DNA from: an uncultured delta proteobacterium
Lineage (GTDB): Bacteria > Desulfobacterota > Binatia > UBA9968
Assembly: GCA_963840855.1 (NCBI GenBank)
Contig: CAWJBB010000002.1
Location: 1-64,000, forward strand
Length of the DNA: 64,000 bases
Direction of reading: 5' to 3'
The notes beneath the pieces were generated by a model that saw nothing but the letters and a program-made list of their open reading frames with translations, did not search any database and had not been told where the DNA came from. Numbering within the stretch: position 1 is the stretch's first letter; the number at the start of each line of letters is the position of its first letter. The position numbers and the translations under genes are program-made. This document shows, one piece after another, positions 10,064 to 19,465 of the stretch.

Positions 10064-11110
10064 ATGTCTGTGGCAGTTGCGCGCCTGTTTAAATCTGTAA
10101 TCGGATTGGGATTCACATTGATCGCCGCCGTCCCTGCGTCGGGACAAGAATTCTACAAGGGGAAGACGATCGTGTTGATCGTCGGAACCGCTGCCGGGGG
10201 AGGATTTGACACCTACAGCCGTATGCTTGCGCGCCATATTGGGAAATACCTGCCTGGAAATCCCAATACCATCGTTCAGAACATGCCCGGTGCTGGGCAG
10301 CTGATAGCCGCCAATCACCTGTATAACCGGAGTCAGCCCGACGGCTTGTCCGTTGGACATTTCTCGGGTTCGGTAATCTTCCGGCATGTGTTGGGTGATC
10401 AAAGCGTCATGTTTGACGGCAGAAAGTTCGGCTGGCTGGGGACGCCGGCTCCGGAGCGGCATACTTGTGTTCTTACTGAGAAAAGCGGAATAAAAACTTT
10501 GGAGGACTGGGCGACTTCCAAACGACCCATCAAGTTTGGGTCTCTTGGACCAGGTAATTCCACATCAGCCTGGCCCCACCTGCTCAGGGCAATCCTCGGG
10601 CTTCCCGTAAGCGTTATCGAAGGGTTTAAAGGCACCTCCGAGATTCGGCTCGCAGCGGAGTCTGGAGAGGTCGAAGGCGCATGCTGGGGATGGGATTCCA
10701 TCAAGGTGACCTGGGCGAAGGGGGTTGAATCAGGATTTGTCCGGCCCGTGATACAGACAATGCTCGAGCCGCATCCAGACTTGCCAACTGTTCCGGTTGC
10801 TATCCGGCAAGCTAAGACGAAAGAAGGACAGGACTTGCTGAGGCTTGGGGCTCAGGCTTACGGTCCCGCTTCCATCGCATACTCCGTGCCGCCGGGATTG
10901 GCGAAGGAACGCTTGCTTACCCTTCAGAACGGATTCATGGCGACGATGAAAGACCCCGAGTTCTTGGCCGAGGCGAGAAAGGCCAATCTGGTAGTCAGTC
11001 CCATTGATGGTCCAACCATAGAGAAGACAGTGGCAGAGCTTTACTTGGCGGAAACGAAGCTCCTCGATAGATTTCGCGAGATCATCGAGGTTACTCCCGC
11101 GCGGCGCTGA
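10064..11110 (+). CDS. Tripartite tricarboxylate transporter substrate-binding protein (TctC/Bug family)
   Basis: QEFYKGKTIVLIVGTAAGGGFDTYSR...NMPGAG...PDGL. Confidence 0.9.
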   Translation: MSVAVARLFKSVIGLGFTLIAAVPASGQEFYKGKTIVLIVGTAAGGGFDTYSRMLARHIGKYLPGNPNTIVQNMPGAGQLIAANHLYNRSQPDGLSVGHFSGSVIFRHVLGDQSVMFDGRKFGWLGTPAPERHTCVLTEKSGIKTLEDWATSKRPIKFGSLGPGNSTSAWPHLLRAILGLPVSVIEGFKGTSEIRLAAESGEVEGACWGWDSIKVTWAKGVESGFVRPVIQTMLEPHPDLPTVPVAIRQAKTKEGQDLLRLGAQAYGPASIAYSVPPGLAKERLLTLQNGFMATMKDPEFLAEARKANLVVSPIDGPTIEKTVAELYLAETKLLDRFREIIEVTPARR

Positions 11111-11293
11111 TGAGTCGACTCCATGGGGAGAATTTAGGCGCCGTTGTTGACTGGCTGGAACAGTTGGGGAGCAAACCCTGATTTCTGCACAAGAGCGTCG
11201 TGCGATGTCTCGACCAAAACTTCAAGTACAAAAGTCAGGCTTTGACCGTTTCGATTGGTGAGCCGGGATCAGAGAGCGACAAAAACTTAGTTG

Positions 11294-11448
11294 CAGGCTG
11301 CTCAAAAAGACCTCAGAGACGAGGCGCGCGAAGATTGACGAGCGGAGGCGTACGACTGCAGTACGTTGACGCCAAGTCGGTCGAGCGCACCCTTCGACAA
11401 AAGCTCAGGGCGATCGGCAAAAGCATATGAGTCTTTTTCAGCAGCCTG
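11294..11448. mobile_element. MITE-like element with about 18-bp terminal inverted repeats
   Basis: caggctgctcaaaaagac ... gtctttttcagcagcctg; non-coding; contains a nested cccttcgacaaagctcaggg REP unit. Confidence 0.7.
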
Positions 11449-11450
11449 TC

Positions 11451-12233
11451 TCACGTCAGACCCTCTGCCTTTAAGGAACGTTCCACCTCATCGCGGATTT
11501 GCTCCGAAAGATATTCAAGCAGTTCAACCTCGCCACGGCCCGTAATGCTCCGGGGCCTGGGCAGCCGCACCGGAACGATCTCTTTAATGCGGCCGGGACG
11601 AGCGGTAAACAGCACAACCCGGTCACCGAGCAGAACCGCCTCGTCCAGGCCATGAGTCACATAGATGAATGTCCGTTTGGTCTCTTGCCAAATGCGCACG
11701 AGCTCTGCTTGCAGCACCTTGCGGGTCTGGGCATCCAGTGATGCGAGCGGTTCGTCAAAAAGCAATATGGCGGGATCGTTGGCAAGAGCGCGCGCGAGCG
11801 CAACTCTCTGGCGCATGCCGCCCGACAGTTCGTGCGGGTAGCGATGCTCAAAGCCGCGCAGATGAACTAACTCGATCAGTTTCTGAGCATTGGCTTCGCG
11901 CTGGGCTCTTGGCACGCTTCTCACTTCCGGACCAAAGACGATATTTTCGAGAACCGTGCGCCAGGGAAAGAGAGCGAATTCCTGAAACACCATCCCGGTT
12001 TGCTTCTGGCCGTCGACGGATCTGCTGACGTCGATCGTGCCGCTCCCGGGTTCCTCCAATCCCGCAATGATCTGGAGGAGGGTGGATTTGCCACAGCCCG
12101 ACGGTCCAACGAAAACCAAGAACTCGCCTTGCTCGACGTCCAAATTGATGCCGCCGAGCGCCACCACCCGTTCTTGGGTCCGCTCGATGTGCCAGACCTT
12201 GCCGATATCTTTGAGGCGGAGAATGGATGCCAT
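11451..12233 (-). CDS. ABC transporter ATP-binding protein (NitT/TauT family)
   Basis: GPSGCGKST, LSGGMRQR, LLFDEP; ATG 12233 overlaps the upstream stop. Confidence 0.93.
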   Translation of the reverse strand: MASILRLKDIGKVWHIERTQERVVALGGINLDVEQGEFLVFVGPSGCGKSTLLQIIAGLEEPGSGTIDVSRSVDGQKQTGMVFQEFALFPWRTVLENIVFGPEVRSVPRAQREANAQKLIELVHLRGFEHRYPHELSGGMRQRVALARALANDPAILLFDEPLASLDAQTRKVLQAELVRIWQETKRTFIYVTHGLDEAVLLGDRVVLFTARPGRIKEIVPVRLPRPRSITGRGEVELLEYLSEQIRDEVERSLKAEGLT

Positions 12234-12733
12234 CACCGATCCGACTTTGCCCTGAGACGCTCCGCCGCCCACAGGACGGCGGCAACAATATTTTGATAAC
12301 CCGTGCAGCGGCAGAGATTGCCGCTCAACCGCTCCCTTATTTCCTCTTCGGACGGCGATGGATTTTCACCGAGAAACTCATAGATTGTCATTAGAAAACC
12401 CGGCGTGCAAAAGCCGCATTGGAATCCCAACGTTTCGATGAATCCTTGCTGGATGGGATCAAGCGGCTCCCCATTGTCGGCCTGCGCCGCCAGTCCTTCC
12501 ACCGTAAGGATCGCGCCACCCTGCGCTTGCACGGCGAAGAGCAAGCACGAACGGACGGTCGCGCCGTTAAACAGAACCGTGCAGCTGCCGCATATTCCTT
12601 GTTCGCAGCCGAGATGGGTTCCCGTCAATCCAAGCTGGTCGCGTAGAAAATCAGCCAGCGACAGACGAGGCTCCACAAGGCCTTCATACCGTTTGCCGTT
12701 GACGGTCATCGCGATAGCGCGCTTTGCGATCAT
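12233..12733 (-). CDS. (2Fe-2S)-binding small subunit (CoxS/CutS-like)
   Basis: GCEQGICGSC, QCGFCTPG, NLCRCTGY. Confidence 0.93.
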   Translation of the reverse strand: MIAKRAIAMTVNGKRYEGLVEPRLSLADFLRDQLGLTGTHLGCEQGICGSCTVLFNGATVRSCLLFAVQAQGGAILTVEGLAAQADNGEPLDPIQQGFIETLGFQCGFCTPGFLMTIYEFLGENPSPSEEEIRERLSGNLCRCTGYQNIVAAVLWAAERLRAKSDR

Positions 12734-12788
12734 CCAATATTCCGTTCAAACAGTTCAAGCCGGTTCAAAAACAATCTGGATCCGTGCG

Positions 12789-15143
12789 TTACTTGCGCCT
12801 GATGATCTCCAGCACTCGGTGCGGACTTAGTGGAATGTCGTTGACTTGAACGGCAAATGGCAGAAGCGCATCCGCCAAGGCGTTGGCAATCGCCGCCGGA
12901 GGAGCAATCGCCCCGCCCTCGCCCAGGCCTTTGATACCCAGCGGATTGAGCGGCGACGGCGACTCGAGATGGACCGTCTTTATCTTTGGCACTTCCATGG
13001 AGCCGGGTAAGAGGTAATCCATGAAGCTGCCGCTGAGCAATTGCCCGTTGGCATCGTAACAAATCTCTTCGAAAAGCGCTGCGCCAATCCCTTGAGCAAC
13101 GCCGCCGTGGATTTGCCCTTCCACTAGCAGGGGATTGATCAGTTTCCCCGCATCGTGCGCGACGACATAGTCGAGTAGTTTGATTCTCCCCGTATCGATC
13201 TCTACCTCGATGACGGCCACGTGAGCAGCGTTGGACCAGGTCACCGTGGCGGGGACAAAATAAAAAGTCGCCTCAAGACCAGGTTCCAACCCCGCGGGCA
13301 GCTTGGAGGCCCATCCCGGCACGGCCGCGCGGGCCAACTCGCTGAACAAGACCGATCGTTGAGGCATTCCCCGGATAGAAACCTTTTCTCCACTCAACTC
13401 CAAATCGTCCGGATTGGCTTCCAGAAGATGCGCGGCCAGCCTGAGAACTTTTTCTTTTAAGCGTGCCGAGGCTTCGAACAGGGCGGAGCCAACGTTGACA
13501 CTACTGCGGCTGCCAAAGGTGCCGCAACCAAACTCGATCGCCGCGGTATCGCCTTCGACGAGGCGAACATCTTCCGGGCGCACGCTCCAGAGGTCCGCCG
13601 CGATCTGCGCGTAGACGGTTTCATGACCCTGGCCGTGTCCGGTCGCGCCGGTGGCGATGACGATCTTGCCGGAAGTGTCAATGCGCACCTTCGCCCCCTC
13701 GAACGAACCCACGCCGGTTCCCTCTACGTAACAGCCGATGCCAATGCCGACGTAGCGGCCGTGTTGGCGCAGTTCAGCTTGTTGTTTGCGCAATTCTTCG
13801 TAACCTACTGCTTTCAGCGCCTGAGCCAGAGTCTCCGGATAGTTGCCGCTGTCGTAACAAATGGACTCGCCGTCACGGTACAAAATTCCGGCATGATACG
13901 GCATCTCCTCGGGCTGAACGAAATTTCGCCGGCGCACCTCGGCAGGATCAAAACTTAACTTCGCTGCAACCAGATCCATGCAGCGCTCCATGACGAACAC
14001 GGCTTCAGGGCGTCCGGCGCCTCGATAGGGCGCGTTGGGCACTTTGTTGGTCGAAACGCAGGTGCCGGTCACCGAGAGATTGGGAATTTTGTATGGGCCT
14101 TGAAGATGGGCGGCCGTGTTGTAGGCGTCGGTAAGGCCCATCGGATTGTACGCGCCGTTGTCCAGCAGGAAGCGATCGCGTAGCCCCAGGATCCGGCCGG
14201 TCTCATCGAATGCCAGCTCGACTTCGTGGTGCTGATCGCGGCCATGGGCCGTGCTGATGAAGTGTTCGGCGCGGTCTTCGATCCATTTCACTGGGCGACC
14301 TAACTGAAGCGCCAGGAAAGGAACGAGAATTTCCTCCGGGTAGACGAATACCTTGGGGCCGAATCCTCCGCCGATATCCGGCGCAATCACGCGCACCGTT
14401 TCTTCAGGAATATCGAGCTGTGCCGCGATTTGTCGCCGCACCAAATGCGGCATCTGCGTCGAGGACCAGACGGTAAGAATATTTGTCTTGGGCTCGACCC
14501 AGGCGACGACGCCGCGGCATTCGAGAGGCGCCGCGCAATAGCGGTGATGGCGGAATCGTTCGCGCAACGTATAGGGCGCAGCGCCCAGCGCCCCATCGAC
14601 GTTGCCCTTGTTCACACTGAAGCTGAATACAACGTTATCTTTGGACTCCTCATGGACCAGGGTCGCGCTCGCTTTTAATGCGTCATGCGGGTCGACGACT
14701 ACGGGAAGGGTCTCGTAGTCGACGCCAATTTCATCTACAGCGTCTTCCGCCCGCTGGCGATCCTCGGCTACGACGATCGCCACTGGCTCACCGACATAGT
14801 GAACCTTTGCCTGTGCCAGAGCCGTCGGCCGCGGACCGCGCAGCACGGGTTTCACCCCTTCCAACCAACGAACAGGATGGATCTCGAAGCTTTCCGGAAA
14901 CGGAGATATTCGGTTTTCGATCTCCCGTCCGGTCCACACTCCAACGACAGCGTCGAGACCAAGAGCTTTTTTGACATCTACGCTGCGGATGCGGGCGTGG
15001 GCGTGAGTGCTGCGCAATAGGGCGGCATGAAGCATGTTCGGCAGGCGAACATCGCCGACGTACATGCCGTTTCCAGTAAGGAAGCGACTCGATTTATCTG
15101 GTTTGACGCTGCGGCCGATGAATCCGGTTGAAGTCGAAGGCAT
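12789..15143 (-). CDS. Molybdenum hydroxylase large subunit (form II CoxL-like, XDH family)
   Basis: GGGFGPK, PYRGAGRPE active-site loop, GQIHGGVAQG, KGLGEGG. Confidence 0.9.
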   Translation of the reverse strand: MPSTSTGFIGRSVKPDKSSRFLTGNGMYVGDVRLPNMLHAALLRSTHAHARIRSVDVKKALGLDAVVGVWTGREIENRISPFPESFEIHPVRWLEGVKPVLRGPRPTALAQAKVHYVGEPVAIVVAEDRQRAEDAVDEIGVDYETLPVVVDPHDALKASATLVHEESKDNVVFSFSVNKGNVDGALGAAPYTLRERFRHHRYCAAPLECRGVVAWVEPKTNILTVWSSTQMPHLVRRQIAAQLDIPEETVRVIAPDIGGGFGPKVFVYPEEILVPFLALQLGRPVKWIEDRAEHFISTAHGRDQHHEVELAFDETGRILGLRDRFLLDNGAYNPMGLTDAYNTAAHLQGPYKIPNLSVTGTCVSTNKVPNAPYRGAGRPEAVFVMERCMDLVAAKLSFDPAEVRRRNFVQPEEMPYHAGILYRDGESICYDSGNYPETLAQALKAVGYEELRKQQAELRQHGRYVGIGIGCYVEGTGVGSFEGAKVRIDTSGKIVIATGATGHGQGHETVYAQIAADLWSVRPEDVRLVEGDTAAIEFGCGTFGSRSSVNVGSALFEASARLKEKVLRLAAHLLEANPDDLELSGEKVSIRGMPQRSVLFSELARAAVPGWASKLPAGLEPGLEATFYFVPATVTWSNAAHVAVIEVEIDTGRIKLLDYVVAHDAGKLINPLLVEGQIHGGVAQGIGAALFEEICYDANGQLLSGSFMDYLLPGSMEVPKIKTVHLESPSPLNPLGIKGLGEGGAIAPPAAIANALADALLPFAVQVNDIPLSPHRVLEIIRRK

Positions 15144-15365
15144 TCGGGCTTACCTGCTCGTGGCGCACCGTTTTCTTTTAGCGAGCCGTCTAATAGGTGG
15201 TCAATTGAAGTCCTAAAAGACGGACGGCATCTTTATGAATGAATTTTTATTAGTGGCGCTCATTGTAGTCTCTCTGGTCATCACTTACGTGCCAATTTCG
15301 GAAGCGCCTAAAGGTGCTTGGCAAATCCCTTGATTGACACCGCACCGTTTCATCAAATTAGAGGG

Positions 15366-15457
15366 TGTCATGCTGAACGAAGTGAAGCATCTTGCCTTCG
15401 ATCGAGATTCTTCGCCGGAGTTTATCCTGAGTAAGTCGAAGGAGCTCAGAATGACAC
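15366..15457. repeat. REP-like palindrome with nested unit
   Basis: tgtcatgctgaacgaagtgaagcatct...agattcttcg[ccggagtttatcctgagtaagtcgaagg]...cagaatgaca. Confidence 0.7.
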
Positions 15458-15496
15458 CATTTCGTCAACCAACTTCAGTGACGAGACGCTGGCGAC

Positions 15497-16507
15497 TCAC
15501 AATTTGTCACCCCACAGTTTTTTGAGAAAGCCGCTTTCTCGCAGCTCCGTAAAAAAACGTGAGTCGTAGAAATCTTCCGCTCTGGCCGATCCGGCTTGCG
15601 GGACGGATTTTCCGATCAGTCCGAGAATGAGTTCGATCCCCTTCGGATCGACCTGGAGAGTTTTTTCTACAGCGGCCGCTTCGGATTCGATTGAGAAAGC
15701 GACTACCTCACGGTCCTCAACTTTGGTGTATTTGGCAACAATCTGGCCGGTACCTTCTCTGTTCGTCAGAAAATAGTGGACGGCTTCTGCGTAGGCGCGC
15801 ATGAACCTCGTTAATTCCGGCTGTTTGCGTTCGACCGTGTTGCGTGCGGAAGCCAGCACCGTCGAGGCAAAGGGAATCTTCATGGCCGTGATGTCCAGGA
15901 TAACCTTGAAGCCCAGCCGCTGGGCAAAAAGATCGTGGGGCGTGCTCGTGGTCAGGGCATCAATGGTTCCCGCTTTGAGAGCCGGGATGCCCTGGCCGAT
16001 ACTGCCAAGCTGAATGTATTGGAGATCTTTGAGCGGATCCAGATGAAACCGGGAAAGGGCGGCTTGCGTGAACATGTCCGGATTGGAGCCTACCCGGTCG
16101 ATACCAAGTCGTTTTCCCTTGAGATCCTGAACACTGGCGATTTCCTTCTTGCCAACAATCGCCCCAGTCATGCGGTTCTTGCTTTGCCCGATCATGACTA
16201 GATTTTTAGCCCCACCGGCAATCGCCCTCGTCGGAGCAAATCCGCCAATTATCCCCACATCGACTTCCCCCGATAGTATCGCGGTAGTTCCCAAGGGACC
16301 GGAAGCGATAAAGACGAGTTTGACGTCGAGGCCATGCTTCTTGAAGAAACCAGCCTCTTTGGCGATCCACATGGGCGCCATGGAAACCACCGGCGCGGTG
16401 TAAAACGCCGTGAGGCTGGAAGATTGTCCCGCGCTCTCGTGCACCGAACCGATACAAGTAGCGAGGATAATTCCGAAAAACGCCAGCGCTTTGTGGAAAT
16501 GGGTCAT
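15497..16507 (-). CDS. ABC transporter substrate-binding protein (NMT1/SsuA-like)
   Basis: Signal peptide; WIAKEAGFFKKHGLDVKLVFI; DLKGKRLG. Confidence 0.88.
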   Translation of the reverse strand: MTHFHKALAFFGIILATCIGSVHESAGQSSSLTAFYTAPVVSMAPMWIAKEAGFFKKHGLDVKLVFIASGPLGTTAILSGEVDVGIIGGFAPTRAIAGGAKNLVMIGQSKNRMTGAIVGKKEIASVQDLKGKRLGIDRVGSNPDMFTQAALSRFHLDPLKDLQYIQLGSIGQGIPALKAGTIDALTTSTPHDLFAQRLGFKVILDITAMKIPFASTVLASARNTVERKQPELTRFMRAYAEAVHYFLTNREGTGQIVAKYTKVEDREVVAFSIESEAAAVEKTLQVDPKGIELILGLIGKSVPQAGSARAEDFYDSRFFTELRESGFLKKLWGDKL

Positions 16508-16680
16508 CGTGCGCCTCCTTATAATATCATTGCGTCTTTCGGCTCGACCTCAGTCAACGGTCGAATGGTCAAGACGCCGCCTCGCCCCGAATACCTCAAC
16601 CCGCGCACGATGTCTATATTCCGCAAAATTGAGTTTCCATAGGACTAGCCCGGCAGAGCCGCAACCAAGACGGAAAATTC

Positions 16681-16731
16681 CACCACGAAGTGATCCATGA
16701 TCTTACGTTCGCCCACAGAGAATGAAAATGG
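16681..16731 (+). mobile_element. Relic IS110 left end (target + core + about 41 nt)
   Basis: caccacgaagtgatccatgatcttacgttcgcccacagagaatgaaaatgg aligns with 17936-17986 with about 5 differences. Confidence 0.85.
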
Positions 16732-16744
16732 AGAATTCCCCTTC

Positions 16745-16775
16745 GTAGCCCGGATGGAGCAAAGCGTAATCCGGG
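16745..16775. repeat. GTAG-type REP hairpin
   Basis: gtagcccggatggagcaaagcgtaatccggg. Confidence 0.7.
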
Positions 16776-16829
16776 TTTCTTCATTCACGCACGCCGTTGC
16801 CTCCTGCCACGCCCCATGCCACCTCACTG

Positions 16830-16895
16830 TTACTTGATCAATTTATCCGCCCATACCAACAAGTTCGGCGCAATCGTCACGCCGATCTCCTTGGC
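16830..16895 (-). pseudogene. C-terminal remnant of an ABC_sub_bind-type solute-binding protein
   Basis: AKEIGVTIAPNLLVWADKLIK* resembles the typical 'AKQIGLTIPPNVLARADKVIK' terminus. Confidence 0.55.
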
Positions 16896-16974
16896 AACTC
16901 TCGGAAGGCTCCGCGGCGTGTTATCCGATACAACGCCTAGATTATACGCAAGGGCTAGCGAGGTCTGGATTTGA

Positions 16975-17378
16975 TTATTGGTGCTCGCGAAAATCCACGA
17001 CTCTGTTTCTCTCATCAAACGTGATACGGAATTTTTCGAAAACGTCCATCCTTCCCAGCAGGAGCGGAACCTCTTCCGTCATTGACCAGGCCACTCTAGC
17101 AGAGATTTGCTTCGCCCGAAAATAAAAGTGAGACGCCTGACAAGATATGGAACACTTCGGCCCGCGATTCCTCTAATCCTTTTAATGCGGTCTTTGGGGG
17201 TCTGCTCGAGCCGTAATGCCTTTCCGAAGCGGTAAGGGATCATCGAGATATCCGCACCCGAGTCGATGTACAACGGCAATTCAATAACAATCTTTTTATG
17301 TTCTACAATGACGGTTGCAACGGGGCGGTATATTGTGCCGAGGTGAGAATGCTCAGGGCGATAGCGAAAACGAGTCAC
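16975..17378 (-). CDS. Retropepsin-like aspartyl protease (frameshift at about 17116)
   Basis: IDSGAD catalytic motif; adding one G to GGG continues into KQISARVAWSMTEEVPLLLGRMDVFEKFRITFDERNRVVDFREHQ*. Confidence 0.8.
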
Positions 17379-17569
17379 AAAACAAGCACCTCATCGCCTG
17401 GCACCTTGGCCACAAAGGGCACTTTGCGCGGGTAAGATTTCCGGACATTTTTCAAGATTTTCTCTATGGCTTTCCCTTTAGCGACTAGCTTTCCGTCCAC
17501 TAGGACAACGTATTGGTCTTTATACCGAGCTTTATTCAGTCGCAAATACGCTTCCAAATTCTTGCTCAT
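17375..17569 (-). CDS. Small DUF5678-like protein
   Basis: MSKNLEAYL...YKDQYVVLVDGKLVAKGK...VPFVAKVP; stop overlaps protease start (GTGA). Confidence 0.7.
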   Translation of the reverse strand: MSKNLEAYLRLNKARYKDQYVVLVDGKLVAKGKAIEKILKNVRKSYPRKVPFVAKVPGDEVLVL

Positions 17570-17989
17570 TCTTTCCCCTCTTGCGGCTCTACGTCCCATG
17601 CGTAAACTTACTTGGTTCTAAGGGTTTGGTCAAATAATCGAGGCCACGCGCCCCTGCAAGTCGGCAGTGAACTCCGCCGAAGAATCTCTATTCTGTCACG
17701 CATTGACCTGCAACCTACAATTTGAATCAATGAATTAAACCGCCGGCCCACAGTTCTTTGAGAAAAAGCGTTGCCGGCATAATCTCTGTGCCGTCGTCGG
17801 CCCGGCGCCGCATCTTCGCCGCACAGATAACGATCTTTCGCTTCAGTCGAACTTCCTGGCTTAAAGCGCTAAGTCCTTTGTAGTCGCGAGGCAACACCCG
17901 CGCCTTTGATTTCCTTCAATGCCGATCTCGTCTCCCACCACGAAGTGATTCATGATCTTACGCTCGCCCGCAGAAGATGAAAATGGGAG

Positions 17990-18180
17990 GCAGATGCGGT
18001 AAGCAGGGAGCGGCGCCCCAGCGAAGAGATCGATAAGTGAGTGGCGCGAGAGAGCCCGACACGAAGTGTGATCCGGGACATCCTTCGGCGCCTCAGATTG
18101 TCGCCTCGTCATCTGCCGACGAGAGCACGCGAAGGAGAATCGAATATGCCGTATGTCCCCTGGGTGTGCCGCAAGAAAGG
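17990..18180 (+). ncRNA. Putative IS110 bridge RNA (non-coding left end; boundaries approximate)
   Basis: 245-nt non-coding left end; CACGAAG (18060-66) equals left target + core; CGAAGGAG (18130-37) equals element right end + core; order is target then donor. Confidence 0.7.
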
Positions 18181-18190
18181 GGGAGCGTCT

Positions 18191-19465
18191 ATGAGCAAGA
18201 AGAACAGTAGCCCTGCGGGGCTGCAGGCCTTGTATGCGCGCGTGTGCGGGTTGGACCTGCACAAAAAACTGATCGTGGCGTGCGTGCGTATCCTCAATGC
18301 GAAGGATGGCACGGTGCAGAGCACGCTGCGTAAGTTCGGTACGATGACGGCCGATCTGATAGAGCTGCGCCAGTGGTTGACCGAGCAGGGGGTGACCCAC
18401 GTGGCGATGGAGTCGACGGGGATTTACTGGCAGCCGGTGTTCAACCTGCTCGAAGGCCATTTCAAGCTGTTGCTGATCAACGCCCAGCATCTGAAGAAAG
18501 TGCCTGGGCGAAAGACCGATATGAAGGACGCGGAGTGGATCGCGCAGCTTTTGCAGTGTGGGCTGTTGAGGCCGAGTTTTGTTCCCGACCGCCAGCAGCG
18601 CGAGCTGCGGGATCTGACGCGTCAACAGACCAAGCTGGTGCAGCAGCGAAATGCGGTGGACAACCGCATCCAGAAGGTGTTGGAGACAGCCAACATTAAG
18701 CTGGGCTCGGTAGCCAGTGATGTGATGGGGGCGTCGGGACGCAAGATGATCGAGGCGCTGATCGCTGGAGAGAAAGACGTTACAGTGTTGGCGGATCTGG
18801 CCCAGCGCCAGCTGCGCGGCAAGATCCCCGAATTGCAGCGCGCTTTGGAGGGAGAGCTGACCGAGCATCACCGCTTTTTGCTGCGGCAGTTGCTTGGACA
18901 ATACGACTTTCTCGAAAAGGAGATCGCCAGCGTAAGCGAGCGGTTGGGGGCGGTAGCGCCCCCTTCGTTTCGTGCCGCGGTAGAGCAGCTTGATGCGGTT
19001 GCGGGGGTGGGGGAACGTGGAGCCCAAGCGCTGTTGGCGGAAACCGGAACTGACATGAGCCGGTTTCCTACCCACAAGCACTTCGCCTCTTGGGCGGGCC
19101 AGTGTCCCGGCAATCATGAAAGCGCCGGCAAACGGCGCAGCGGCAAAACCCCCGCTGCCAACCGTCACATCGACGCGGTGCTTACCGAGATGGCGCACGC
19201 GGCGGTGCGCACCAAAAACAGCTATTTCAAAGCGCAGTACCATCGTCTGGCAGGCCGACGTGGGAAAAAGCGTGCGATCGGCGCGGTTAAACACAGCCTG
19301 TTGGTTACCGTCTATCTTATGCTCCGCGATGACAAACCCTACAAGGATCTCGGTGTTGACTACTTTGATAAACTCAACCCTCAACAGCGTATTCGTTACC
19401 ATGTCCGCAGACTCCGGGAACTCGGACAGGAGGTGGAATTGTCACCCATGGCTAAAGCAGCCTGA
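18191..19465 (+). CDS. IS110 family DEDD recombinase/transposase
   Basis: GLDLHK, AMESTG, KTDMKDA (DEDD) and ESAGK catalytic Ser; ATG 18191 with GGGGAG RBS. Confidence 0.96.
   Translation: MSKKNSSPAGLQALYARVCGLDLHKKLIVACVRILNAKDGTVQSTLRKFGTMTADLIELRQWLTEQGVTHVAMESTGIYWQPVFNLLEGHFKLLLINAQHLKKVPGRKTDMKDAEWIAQLLQCGLLRPSFVPDRQQRELRDLTRQQTKLVQQRNAVDNRIQKVLETANIKLGSVASDVMGASGRKMIEALIAGEKDVTVLADLAQRQLRGKIPELQRALEGELTEHHRFLLRQLLGQYDFLEKEIASVSERLGAVAPPSFRAAVEQLDAVAGVGERGAQALLAETGTDMSRFPTHKHFASWAGQCPGNHESAGKRRSGKTPAANRHIDAVLTEMAHAAVRTKNSYFKAQYHRLAGRRGKKRAIGAVKHSLLVTVYLMLRDDKPYKDLGVDYFDKLNPQQRIRYHVRRLRELGQEVELSPMAKAA

Noticed and set aside
12789-15143. Bona fide aerobic CO dehydrogenase (form I coxL)
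   Set aside because: Active-site loop is PYRGAGR, not AYXCSFR; no coxM or accessory genes.
18041-18190. N-terminal extension of the IS110 ORF in the ORF track
   Set aside because: RBS and domain start favour ATG 18191; the region is better explained as non-coding left end.
17861-19402. 513-aa and 498-aa antisense ORFs over IS110 (also 23895-25391)
   Set aside because: Shadow frames of the transposase with no recognisable domain.
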